Notes: generated by a model from the sequence alone, not told the origin. A DNA stretch of 64,000 nt from Alphaproteobacteria bacterium (GCA_009694025.1 SHVZ01000007.1:5872-69871); one strand, 5' to 3'; positions 9,118 through 18,255 are shown, counted from the first letter of the stretch. Made by a program: numbers and translations.

Positions 9118-10110
9118 GTGACCGCAGCGCCCGCCCTGTTGTCCGTCGAGAACCTCACCGTCGTCATCGGCGGTGCGGCGGTGGTCGACCGTGTGTCCTT
9201 CGAGGTCGGGGGCGGCCAGGTCGTCGCCATCGTCGGCGAGAGCGGCTGCGGGAAGTCGATGACCGCCTTCGCCCTGATGGACCTGCTGCCGGCCGCGGCC
9301 CGCCGGACCAGCGGGCGCATCGAGCTGTCCGGCCGGCCGATCCAGGATCTCGGCGACGCCGGCATGCGGAAGCTGCGCGGCAAAGAGATGTCGATCATCT
9401 TCCAAGAGCCGGTCGCCGCGCTCGATCCGTTGATGACCGTCGGCGATCAGCTCATCGAGGCGATCCGGGCGCACCACGACCTCGACCGCGCCCAGTCGAT
9501 GGCCCATGCCCGGAAGCTCCTGGAGAGCGTCGGTATCACCGACGCCGACCTCCGGCTCAAGCAGTACCCGTTCGAGCTGTCCGGCGGCATGTGCCAGCGG
9601 GTGATGATCGCCGGCGCGCTCGCCGGCCAGCCGCGCCTGCTGATCGCCGACGAGCCCACGACCGCCCTCGACGTCACCATCCAGGCGCAGATCCTGGAGC
9701 TGATCAAGGCGCGGCGGGCGGAAATCGGCGCCAGCGTCATCCTGATCACCCACGACATGGGTATCGTCGCCGACATGGCCGACCGTGTCCTCGTCATGTA
9801 CGCCGGCCGCATCGTCGAGGAGGCGGATGCCTTCGATCTCTTCGCCCGGCCGCGCCATCCCTATACGGAAGCGCTGATGAAGAGCGTTCCCCGCCTCGAT
9901 GACGTGCCGGGAACCCGCCTGCCGGTGATCGAGGGCGCGGTGCCGCGACCGGGCAGCCATGGCCCCGGCTGCCGCTTTGCCGACCGCTGCTTCCTGGCGA
10001 TCGACCGGTGCCGGGCTGAGGAGCCGGGCCTTCTGCCGGTCGACGGCGGCGGCCGCCGGTCGGCCTGCTGGCGCCGCGACGACGTCGGGCTCGCCGGAGG
10101 CCCGGCATGA
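9118..10110 (+). CDS. ABC transporter ATP-binding protein (DppD/OppD type)
   Basis: GTG start 4 nt after the preceding stop. Walker A GESGCGKS, signature LSGGMCQR, Walker B LLIADEPTTALD, oligopeptide C-terminal HPYT box. Confidence 0.9.
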   Translation: MTAAPALLSVENLTVVIGGAAVVDRVSFEVGGGQVVAIVGESGCGKSMTAFALMDLLPAAARRTSGRIELSGRPIQDLGDAGMRKLRGKEMSIIFQEPVAALDPLMTVGDQLIEAIRAHHDLDRAQSMAHARKLLESVGITDADLRLKQYPFELSGGMCQRVMIAGALAGQPRLLIADEPTTALDVTIQAQILELIKARRAEIGASVILITHDMGIVADMADRVLVMYAGRIVEEADAFDLFARPRHPYTEALMKSVPRLDDVPGTRLPVIEGAVPRPGSHGPGCRFADRCFLAIDRCRAEEPGLLPVDGGGRRSACWRRDDVGLAGGPA

Positions 10111-11093
10111 CCGGCGGCGCCCCAGGCGAGCTGCTCGGCCTGACCGACCTCGCCGTTCATTTCACCGGCCGGCGGAACTGGCGCGGACGCTATCCGCCGC
10201 CGGTGCGGGCGGTCGACGGTGTGACGCTCGCGGTCGGACACCGGGAGACCCTCGGCCTCGTCGGCGAAAGCGGCTGCGGCAAGTCGACGCTCGGCAACGC
10301 CGTGCTCAGGCTGGTACGGCCGACCGCGGGCCAGGTCCGCTTCGACGGCCGCGACGTCACGGCCGCGACCGGCGACGAGCTGCGGGTGTTCCGGCGAAAC
10401 GTTCAGATGATCTTCCAGGATCCCTATTCGGCCCTGAATCCGAAACTGAAAGTGGGCGAAAGCGTCGGTGAGCCGCTCCTTGCCCATGGCCTCGCCGACG
10501 GCGAGGCGCTCGGCCGCCAGGTCAACGAGCTGCTCGATCTGGTCGGCCTGCCGCCGGAACGCGCCACCCGCTACCCGCACGAGTTCTCCGGTGGTCAGCG
10601 CCAGCGCCTGGTGATCGCGCGCGCGCTCGCGCTCCGGCCGAAGCTGATCGTCTGCGACGAACCGGTCTCGGCTCTCGATGTCTCCATTCGCTCGCAGATC
10701 CTCAATTTGCTTATGGAGTTCCAGCAGCGCCTGGGCTTGAGCTACCTCTTCATCTCGCACGATCTCTCGGTGGTCCGGCACATCAGCCACCGGGTCGCGG
10801 TGATGTATCTCGGCCGCGTGGTCGAGCTGGCGCCACGCGACAATCTCTTCCGCGAGCCGCTGCATCCATATACCGAGGCGCTGATCAGCGCGATTCCGCT
10901 CCCCGACCCGATCCAGCAGCGAAAGCGCCACCGAATCATCCTGAAGGGCGAGCTGCCGAAGCCGACGGCACCGCCGCCGGGCTGCCCCTTTCACACCCGC
11001 TGCCCGATCGCCCAGCCGATGTGCCGGGAAAAGGTGCCGCCGCTCGAGGAAAAACGGTCGGGCCACTGGGCCGCCTGCCACCTCCGAAACTAA
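10107..11093 (+). CDS. ABC transporter ATP-binding protein (DppF/OppF type)
   Basis: ATGA overlap with the upstream gene. GESGCGKST, FSGGQRQR, IVCDEPVSALD, HPYTEAL. Confidence 0.92.
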   Translation: MTGGAPGELLGLTDLAVHFTGRRNWRGRYPPPVRAVDGVTLAVGHRETLGLVGESGCGKSTLGNAVLRLVRPTAGQVRFDGRDVTAATGDELRVFRRNVQMIFQDPYSALNPKLKVGESVGEPLLAHGLADGEALGRQVNELLDLVGLPPERATRYPHEFSGGQRQRLVIARALALRPKLIVCDEPVSALDVSIRSQILNLLMEFQQRLGLSYLFISHDLSVVRHISHRVAVMYLGRVVELAPRDNLFREPLHPYTEALISAIPLPDPIQQRKRHRIILKGELPKPTAPPPGCPFHTRCPIAQPMCREKVPPLEEKRSGHWAACHLRN

Positions 11094-11108
11094 GCCCGCA
11101 CCCGGGTC

Positions 11109-12134
11109 TCAATGCGGCAGATGGTCGCCGCGCCAGTGGCCGCCGCGTATTTCGCCCGGCCCGGTGCGGCCATAGAGGACCTTGAAGCTGTCGGGCAGCG
11201 GCCGGCTGTTCGCCGTCGACAGCCAGATGCGGATCATGTGGCGCCGCTGGTTCTCGTCGTCGCCGTCGAAGAACTCGGTGCGCGAATGCAGCACCATATG
11301 GTTGCTGAACAGCTCGATGTCGCCGGGCTGCATGGCGAAGTAGACGGAGGTCTCCTCGGCAATGGCCGCATGCAGATCGATCGCTTCCACCTGCTCCGGG
11401 CGGATACGCGGCACCTCCGGGAATTCCTGGGCGGCCCGCACCAGGCGTCGCGAGATGTGGGAGGCGAACCAGCCGTCCTTGAGGCCGAAGACCGGCATCG
11501 TGTAGTAGCGCGGCTCGCCCGGCCGCTCCTCGGTGTTGCGCGAGCTGTGATAGGGCTCGAACAACCGCTCGAGCAGGTCCGGACGGCGCCTCAGCATCTC
11601 GTTGTGGATGGTGATCGAGCTCGCGACCTTGCTGATCCCGCCCTGACGGGCCGTGCGGAGGGAGAGAAGGCCGGTGATGTCGGCAGTGTCCGTATGAAAC
11701 ATCAGCTCGGCCCTCGTGCGGTTGCCGCGCGAGAACGGGGTGCCGGGCTTGTCGCCGAAATCCATGACGTCGTCGAACTTCGCCGCCTGCTGGGCGAAGG
11801 GGACGGCGGCACCGAGATAGAGGCTCAAGCCCCAGAACATCTGGCGGAGCTCGTCCTTGGTATAGCGCATTGCGTCGATGCCGCGCAGCAGGACCAACCC
11901 GCGACCGTTTTCGATCTCCTCGGCGACGAGCTGAAGCTGTTCTGCCGCCTGCTCCAGCGGGAAGTCGGCCTTCGTCGCCTCATAGAGCGGGATGCCTCGG
12001 GTCATCACCGCCTTGGTCGCGCTGCGGAGCTCGTCCAGGGCGCCTGGCGTCAGCGCGCGGATCCAACGATCCTCACGGCCAAGCTGCGCGCCATACCAGG
12101 CTGCCGGCGACGAGATGGGCTGACGGACCGTCAT
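11109..12134 (-). CDS. TauD/TfdA-family Fe(II)/2-oxoglutarate dioxygenase
   Basis: Track ORF 11109..12299 is over-extended. The internal ATG at 12134 has SD GGAGAG 6 nt upstream and gives 341 aa. HxD box FHTDTAD and distal His LHSRTEF. Confidence 0.85.
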   Translation of the reverse strand: MTVRQPISSPAAWYGAQLGREDRWIRALTPGALDELRSATKAVMTRGIPLYEATKADFPLEQAAEQLQLVAEEIENGRGLVLLRGIDAMRYTKDELRQMFWGLSLYLGAAVPFAQQAAKFDDVMDFGDKPGTPFSRGNRTRAELMFHTDTADITGLLSLRTARQGGISKVASSITIHNEMLRRRPDLLERLFEPYHSSRNTEERPGEPRYYTMPVFGLKDGWFASHISRRLVRAAQEFPEVPRIRPEQVEAIDLHAAIAEETSVYFAMQPGDIELFSNHMVLHSRTEFFDGDDENQRRHMIRIWLSTANSRPLPDSFKVLYGRTGPGEIRGGHWRGDHLPH

Positions 12135-12292
12135 GGACACTCTCCGCTGATGAACTCGCCCTTGAAGGACATTGTTGCAGATTTGCCCTGAGCCGATAAG
12201 CTTTCCGACGGGAAAACCGGCTGGTCGGGGCGAGGCGCCGCGATGCAACCGGACGGCAATTGCACGGATACAACGCGGGAGAGGTAAGGCCG

Positions 12293-13984
12293 ATGACACC
12301 GAGGATGCCCTTCAAGGCCCTGTTGGCGCTTGGCGCCGGCGTGCTGGCCCTAACATCCGTTCAGCCGGACGCCTGGGCGGCCGGCGACCGGGTCCGCTCG
12401 ATCGAGCTGACTGCCGACACCAAAGCCGCCAATCCAAACGCCAACCAGGCGGCCTATCTGCTTGCCGACATGTGGAAGAAGCTAGGCCTGGACGTGAAGG
12501 TCAAGGAAGTTCCGTACAAGCAGAAGCTCGACGTGGTCTACTTCGACCGCAGCACCTGCGAGGGTGCGGCCTGCTTCGATCTCGCCATGTGGTCGATCGT
12601 CGGCCGGCCCGAGCGCAGCGACCCGGACGAGGTGATCTACAACCTCTTCCACTCCTCGACCGGCGCCAAGGGCTACAACTATCCGGGCTACGCCAATCCG
12701 GACTACGACAAAGCCGCTGCCGGCCAGCAGGTCGAGACCGATCAAACCAAGCGTCGCGAGCTCGTCTTCAAGGCCCAGGAGATCCAGGCCAACGATCCCT
12801 CCTACGTCTTCTTCGTCAACCCGATCGTCAACTACGCCATCCGCAAGGACGTGTTCGACGAGAAGACGGTCGTCGAGCAGTCCGGCCTCGGCATCCTGAA
12901 CTTCTGGACCCACACCAAGCTCACGCCGATCGGGGCGAAGAAGGACATCATCCTCAACACCTCGGACAACCTCTTGAACCTCGTCCCGATGGCGATCGGC
13001 GGCGCTGCGGCGTCGTGGATCACCGACCTGGTCTGGGACCGCATGCTGCGCATCAGCCCGAAAGGCCTGCCGGAACCATGGGCGGCCGAGTCCTACAAGT
13101 GGGTCGACGACAAGACCATCGACGTCACGCTCCGCACCGGCATGAAGTGGCATGACGGCAAGCCGGTCACGGTCGACGACGTGATGTTCACCTTCGGCGA
13201 GGTCAAGGCGATGGCGCCGATGTACGCGCCCTTCCTCGACGTCATCGCCAAGGTGGAGACGACCGGCGAGCGCACGGTCAGGATGCATCTCAAGAACCCG
13301 TCGGCGCCGTTCCTGACCTCGACGCTCGCCAAGGTGAACCTGACGCCGGCCCACATCTGGCGCCCGGTGGTGAAGGATCTGCAGGCCAAAGGCCAGAACC
13401 TGGACAGCTACCAGCCCGACGAGCTGATCGGCTCCGGCCCGTACAAGTTCGTCCATTGGCGGCGCAACGCCGAGGTGCTGCTCGCCGCCAACAAGGACCA
13501 CTGGTCGCCGCCCAAGGCGGAGCACTGGATCCTCCGTATCGTGCCGAACCTCGAAGCGACGCTCGGCATGATGAAGCAGGGCGAGATCAACTTCCTCAGC
13601 GAGTACCGCGGCGACTTCGAGACGCTTCAGCAGGTCTCGAAGGAAAGCGGCAACATCGCGATCAAGAGCGGCGTCACCATCGGCGTCGAATACATGGGCT
13701 TCAACCTGAAGCGGAAGCCGATGAACGACACCGCCTTCCGCCGGGCGCTGTCGCTCGCAACCGATCGCAACCTGCTGGCGGCGTCGGCCTGGAGTGACCA
13801 GGCGGTGCCGACCAACTCGATTGTCTCGACGGTCCTCGACTATTGGCACAATCCAGCGGTCGCGAAGGGAATGTTCGATCTGGAGAAGGCCAAGCAGATG
13901 CTCACCGCCGCCGGCTATAGCTGGGTCGGCGGACGGCTGCACTACCCCGACGGGGTCAAGGACACGGTGATGGCGACCAAGTAG
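12293..13984 (+). CDS. ABC transporter substrate-binding protein, family 5, with swapped segment order (apparent circular permutant)
   Basis: Track ORF starts at TTG 12260; ATG 12293 has SD GGGAGAGG and yields a clean signal peptide (LALTSVQPDAWA/AG). All family-5 sequence blocks are present, but the normally C-terminal block comes first (see findings). Confidence 0.88.
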   Translation: MTPRMPFKALLALGAGVLALTSVQPDAWAAGDRVRSIELTADTKAANPNANQAAYLLADMWKKLGLDVKVKEVPYKQKLDVVYFDRSTCEGAACFDLAMWSIVGRPERSDPDEVIYNLFHSSTGAKGYNYPGYANPDYDKAAAGQQVETDQTKRRELVFKAQEIQANDPSYVFFVNPIVNYAIRKDVFDEKTVVEQSGLGILNFWTHTKLTPIGAKKDIILNTSDNLLNLVPMAIGGAAASWITDLVWDRMLRISPKGLPEPWAAESYKWVDDKTIDVTLRTGMKWHDGKPVTVDDVMFTFGEVKAMAPMYAPFLDVIAKVETTGERTVRMHLKNPSAPFLTSTLAKVNLTPAHIWRPVVKDLQAKGQNLDSYQPDELIGSGPYKFVHWRRNAEVLLAANKDHWSPPKAEHWILRIVPNLEATLGMMKQGEINFLSEYRGDFETLQQVSKESGNIAIKSGVTIGVEYMGFNLKRKPMNDTAFRRALSLATDRNLLAASAWSDQAVPTNSIVSTVLDYWHNPAVAKGMFDLEKAKQMLTAAGYSWVGGRLHYPDGVKDTVMATK

Positions 13985-14007
13985 CGGCCGGTCGGCGCCG
14001 TCTTCAG

Positions 14008-14041
14008 CGGGCGGGAGCTTAGGCTCCCGCCCGTTTCGTTT
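14008..14041 (+). terminator. intrinsic terminator between convergent genes
   Basis: Perfect 11-bp stem cgggcgggagc / ttag / gctcccgcccg followed by tttcgttt. On the minus strand the same stem lacks a U-tract. Confidence 0.6.
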
Positions 14042-14045
14042 GGCG

Positions 14046-15014
14046 CTATCGCCGGCCCGTCTTTGGCTTGACGCCCGGCAGCTTCTCGGCACCCTCGAGG
14101 TCGCCGACCATGTAGCCGTAGTCGCCGGGCTCGACCAGGTTCGGCGTCAGGTGAGAGAGGATCATCACGCCCCGCTTGATCGGGTTCTTGATGACCTCCA
14201 GTTCCTTGAAGGTATACGGGCTGACGACGCGGCCGAGGACCTTGCCGCCGGCGATCTCCTCGCCGAGCGGCGGCGCCTCGGTATAGAGGAACCCGCCCTG
14301 GGTCGGGAAGATCGTCGGAATCGCGCCCAAGACCGTCTGCGCCATCGGCGGCGACGGCGGCGCGGTGTCCATCTTCAAGGTGCGCATGCAGTTCTTGATG
14401 CCCTCGACGCCGCGGGCGATGTAGGGGCCCTGGTCGACCACGCCGCCGCCGAGCTCGATCGTCACCGACGGCACGCCGCGCGCGGTCGTCACCGCCTTGG
14501 AGGTGCCATTGAACACCGGCCCCGCCCGATCCGCCTGCGGGCGGAAGAGATAGCGGGTGCCAAAGGCGCGCGAGAGATCGAGGGCGTTGTGGACGTAGGT
14601 ATAGTCGACCGTCGGCCGGTCGGTGCCGGTGTGGAAGTCGAGATAGGCTTCCAGATGGTCCAGGAACTCGCTCTTGATCTTGGCGGCCAGCAGGTCGGTG
14701 AACATGCCCTGAGCCTTGCCCGGAAAGACCCGGTTCAGGTTCTGGCCGTCGACCGGCGTCACCCGCTTGTTCGCCTGGAAGGCGAGCGGGTTGGCCACCG
14801 GCAGCAGCCACAGCCGGCCGCGGAAGTCGCCGTCGGCGTAGTGTTTGGCGATCTCGCGGATGACGTAGGTGCCGGTCGGCTCGTTGCCGTGGATGGCGCC
14901 GGAGATGCCGAGTACCGGCCCCTTCCCCTTCTTGCCGACGATCTCGTGGATGTAGAGGCAAACCGCCTCGCCGTTGGCGAAGTGGCTCACGGGTATGCGA
15001 CGCATCGTGCTCAT
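14046..15014 (-). CDS. succinylglutamate desuccinylase / aspartoacylase (AstE/AspA, M14-like) family deacylase
   Basis: Track ORF extends to 15080. ATG 15014 has SD GGAGA upstream. Zinc box HGNEPTG, NRVFPG, C-terminal beta domain. Confidence 0.85.
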   Translation of the reverse strand: MSTMRRIPVSHFANGEAVCLYIHEIVGKKGKGPVLGISGAIHGNEPTGTYVIREIAKHYADGDFRGRLWLLPVANPLAFQANKRVTPVDGQNLNRVFPGKAQGMFTDLLAAKIKSEFLDHLEAYLDFHTGTDRPTVDYTYVHNALDLSRAFGTRYLFRPQADRAGPVFNGTSKAVTTARGVPSVTIELGGGVVDQGPYIARGVEGIKNCMRTLKMDTAPPSPPMAQTVLGAIPTIFPTQGGFLYTEAPPLGEEIAGGKVLGRVVSPYTFKELEVIKNPIKRGVMILSHLTPNLVEPGDYGYMVGDLEGAEKLPGVKPKTGRR

Positions 15015-15033
15015 CGGCCGGTCTCCGCCTTTG

Positions 15034-15738
15034 TCAGGATTTCCTGGTCCGTGCCGCCTCGCGGGCCGCACGCTCAGCATCCGCTGCCGACTTGATCTTG
15101 TCGGTGATGCCCAACCGATCCGCCGGCTTCTGACCCTGGCGCATCTTCTCGAAATTGGCCGGCTGCTTGCCCTGGCGGTCGAGCGCCATGTCGACCAGAT
15201 AGCGCACGTCCTCCGGCGGCAGCACGATCACGCCGCTTTCATCGGCCAGCACCGCATAGCCCGGCAGCACCGCGGCGCCGCCGACGCAGATCGGCACATT
15301 GATGGCGCCGCCACTTCCATAGGGATGGCAGGTGATCGGCGAGTAGCCGCGGAGCCACCCCGGGAAGTCGAATTCCCGGAACCGGGAGGCGCCGGTCGAC
15401 GGTCCGTCGATGACCACCCCGGCCGCACCTGTCAGCTTGGCCGCCAGCGTCGTGCCGCCGCCCCAGCAGGCGTTGTGGTTGTCGCCGAGCCGGTCGATCA
15501 TCAGGACGTCGCCAGGCCTCAGCATACCGATCGCATAGGGGATCATCCCGGAATCGTGCCCCGGGCAGGCGACGGTGACGGCCGTTCCGACCACCCGGCG
15601 CTCCGGCATCGCCGCTTTGATCGAGCCGTTGACGCATCCCCAATGCCGGTGGTGCCCGATCGTCTCGGTCCGGCACTTCGCCAGCATCTCCAAGAGCACA
15701 GGCTCCACCGGCGGCGGCATGTCGTTGATCTCGCACAT
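15034..15738 (-). CDS. RraA-like / class II aldolase-decarboxylase fold protein, copy B
   Basis: 234 aa. RraA-family core WGGGTTLAAKLTGAAGVVIDGPSTG. Charged C-terminal tail. Confidence 0.85.
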   Translation of the reverse strand: MCEINDMPPPVEPVLLEMLAKCRTETIGHHRHWGCVNGSIKAAMPERRVVGTAVTVACPGHDSGMIPYAIGMLRPGDVLMIDRLGDNHNACWGGGTTLAAKLTGAAGVVIDGPSTGASRFREFDFPGWLRGYSPITCHPYGSGGAINVPICVGGAAVLPGYAVLADESGVIVLPPEDVRYLVDMALDRQGKQPANFEKMRQGQKPADRLGITDKIKSAADAERAAREAARTRKS

Positions 15739-15744
15739 GGCGAT

Positions 15745-16440
15745 CTACCTCTTCTTCCGTCCGCGGGCCTCGTCCTCGACCGCCGCGGCCTTAGTGATGC
15801 GCGGCCCGAGGCCGGAGATCTCGGCGATCTTCTCCCCGGCGCGAAGCCGCGCATGCATGGCGGGATATCCTTCCTGGCGCTTGATCGCGCCCTCGGCGAG
15901 ATAGCGGACATCCTCTGGCGGAAGCACGATCACCCCGCTCTCGTCGGCGAGCACCGCATAGCCCGGCCGGACCACGGCACCGCCGATGCAGATCGGCACG
16001 TTGATGGCCCCACCATTGCCGTAAGGATGGCAGGTGACCGGCGAGTATCCCCGGATCCATGCCGGCAGGTCGAACTCCCGGAACTTGGATGAGCCGGTCG
16101 ACGGCCCGTCGATGACAACGCCGACCGCGCCCGCGACCTTGGCCGCCAGCGTCGTGCCGCCGCCCCAGCAGGAATTGTGGTTGTCGCCGAGCCGATCGAT
16201 GCAGATGACGTCGCCCGGCCGGATCATATTCATCACATAGGTGACGAGACCGGAGTCGTGCCCGGGAATGGCGAGGGTGACCGCGGTGCCGACGACCCGC
16301 CGCTCCGGCATCACCGCGGCGATCGAGCCGTGCACGCTGCCCCATTCGCGGTAGTGGCCGATCGACTCCGTTCGGCACTCGGCCAGCAGATCGAGCAGCT
16401 CCCGGTCGACCTGGGGCGGCATCTCGTTGATCTCGTACAT
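15745..16440 (-). CDS. RraA-like protein, copy A (tandem paralogue)
   Basis: 231 aa, about 70% identical by eye to the downstream copy, 6-nt spacer. Core WGGGTTLAAKVAGAVGVVIDGPSTG. Confidence 0.85.
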   Translation of the reverse strand: MYEINEMPPQVDRELLDLLAECRTESIGHYREWGSVHGSIAAVMPERRVVGTAVTLAIPGHDSGLVTYVMNMIRPGDVICIDRLGDNHNSCWGGGTTLAAKVAGAVGVVIDGPSTGSSKFREFDLPAWIRGYSPVTCHPYGNGGAINVPICIGGAVVRPGYAVLADESGVIVLPPEDVRYLAEGAIKRQEGYPAMHARLRAGEKIAEISGLGPRITKAAAVEDEARGRKKR

Positions 16441-16453
16441 GCTCGGGCGGGCC

Positions 16454-17218
16454 TCAGTTCTGAATGCGGATCGTGGAGGCGCCGTCGATCACCAGGTTGG
16501 TGCCGGAGGTGTAGCCCGAGACTGGACTCGCCAGGAAGACGACGCCGGCCGCGACCTCCTCGGGCTTGCCGAAGCGGCCGAGCGGGTTGAGCTTGAGCAT
16601 CCGCTCATAGCGCTCCGGCTCGTTCCGCTTGCGCAGGTCCCACACCCCACCCTCGAAGAAGATCGAGCCCGGCGATACCGCGTTGACGCGGATCCCCTTC
16701 TTCGCCACATCGTGACTCAGGTGCTTCATGTAGGCGAGGATCGCCGACTTGACCGATGGATAGGGTTTCCTCGGGCCGTAGACCTGCACGGCGCCGGTCG
16801 TAGCGATGAAGATGACGGATCCCGCGTCCGAGCGCTCGATCACCGGCAGGGCCGCCTCGACGCCATTGACGGTGCCCATGACGTCGACGTCGAGGGCGTG
16901 GCGCCAGCCGGCCTCGTCGGCAGTGGCGACGCTGAGCGCGCTGACGTTCGAGACGTAGATGTCGAAGCCGCCGAGCGCCTTGTCCATGTTGGCGACCCAG
17001 CGGCGGACGGCATCGCCGTCGGCGATGTCGACCGCCTCGCCGACGGCCTTGACGCCCTTCGCCCGGAGCGCCGCGACCGCGGCTTTGACACCGTCCTCAC
17101 CGCGAGCGCAGATGCCGACGTCGCAGCCCTCGTCGGCGAAGGCTTCAGCGATGGCCCGACCGATCCCGCGCGATCCGCCGGTGACGATCGCCTTTCGCCC
17201 CTTGAGTTTGAGATCCAT
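16454..17218 (-). CDS. SDR-family oxidoreductase
   Basis: TGGSRGIGRAIA box, YPSVK (YxxxK). SD GGGGGACGGAG upstream. Confidence 0.9.
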   Translation of the reverse strand: MDLKLKGRKAIVTGGSRGIGRAIAEAFADEGCDVGICARGEDGVKAAVAALRAKGVKAVGEAVDIADGDAVRRWVANMDKALGGFDIYVSNVSALSVATADEAGWRHALDVDVMGTVNGVEAALPVIERSDAGSVIFIATTGAVQVYGPRKPYPSVKSAILAYMKHLSHDVAKKGIRVNAVSPGSIFFEGGVWDLRKRNEPERYERMLKLNPLGRFGKPEEVAAGVVFLASPVSGYTSGTNLVIDGASTIRIQN

Positions 17219-17280
17219 TTGTCTCCGTCCCCCGTATGCGCCAGAAGTCTATTGCAATTTGCTCGAGCCGGGAAACGTGG

Positions 17281-18255
17281 TCAGAGCAGGTGGCAGGCGG
17301 CGCGGTGGCCGGGCGCCACCTCGCGCATCGGCGGCTCCTCGTCGGCGCAGCGCGCGAAGGCGTAGGGACAGCGGTCGCGAAAGCGGCAGCCGCCGACCTG
17401 CGCCTGGGCCGCCGACAGGCTCCCCTTGATCGGCAGCGGTTCGCGCGATTGGTCGACGCGCGGCACCGGGACCGCCTGCACCAGCGCCCGGGTGTACGGG
17501 TGCAGCGGCCGGGCGACCACCTCCGCCGATGGGCCGTCCTCGACCATCTTGCCGAGATACATGACCACCGTGCGGGCGCAGACGTAGCGGACCAACGCGA
17601 AGTCATGGGAGATGTAGACGGCGGTCAAGCCCATGGTCGCGTGCACGTCGCGCATGACGTTGAGGATTCCGGCGCGGACGCTGACATCCAGCATCGAGAC
17701 CGGCTCGTCAGCGACGATGAAACGCGGCTCCAGCACCAGTGCGCGGGCCAGCACCACCCGTTGGAGCTGACCGCCGGAGAGCTGATGGGGGTAGCGGTCG
17801 TAGTAGCCCTCGACATCCGGCAGTCGGACCCGGTGCATAGCCACGCGCATGCGCTCGGGATGCTCCTCCTTCGGAACGCCGGCGTTCTGCAGCGGCTCGC
17901 GCAACGCCCGGAAGACGGTGAAGCGTGGATTGATGGCGTCGAAGGGGTTCTGGAAGACCAGCTGAACCTCCCGGCGGAAGCGCTTCAGCGCTGCCCCGGC
18001 GAGATCGGCGAGATCCCCGCCGTCGAACCGGATCGTGCCGGCGGTCGGTCGGGTCAGCTTGAGAAGGAGCCGGCCGGTGGTGGTCTTGCCGCAGCCGGAC
18101 TCGCCGAGGAGGCCGACGGTCTCGCCCTCGCCGATGGTGAGGTCGATGCCGTCGACAGCGCGGGAGACCGGCCGCTCGCCGCGCAGCACCTCGCCGAGCC
18201 GGCGGGTGACCGGAAAGTGCTTCTCGAGGCCGCTGGCGACTACGAGCGGAGCCAC
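17281..18255 (-). CDS. ABC transporter ATP-binding protein (DppF/OppF type)
   Basis: GTG start overlapping the upstream gene by 16 nt. GESGCGKTT, LSGGQLQR, IVADEPVSMLD, HPYT. Confidence 0.9.
   Translation of the reverse strand: MAPLVVASGLEKHFPVTRRLGEVLRGERPVSRAVDGIDLTIGEGETVGLLGESGCGKTTTGRLLLKLTRPTAGTIRFDGGDLADLAGAALKRFRREVQLVFQNPFDAINPRFTVFRALREPLQNAGVPKEEHPERMRVAMHRVRLPDVEGYYDRYPHQLSGGQLQRVVLARALVLEPRFIVADEPVSMLDVSVRAGILNVMRDVHATMGLTAVYISHDFALVRYVCARTVVMYLGKMVEDGPSAEVVARPLHPYTRALVQAVPVPRVDQSREPLPIKGSLSAAQAQVGGCRFRDRCPYAFARCADEEPPMREVAPGHRAACHLL

Noticed and set aside
12482-14092. 536-aa minus-strand ORF antisense to the permuted SBP gene
   Set aside because: Shadow ORF of a GC-rich gene. 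The plus-strand product has a signal peptide and all family-5 blocks; the minus-strand product has none.
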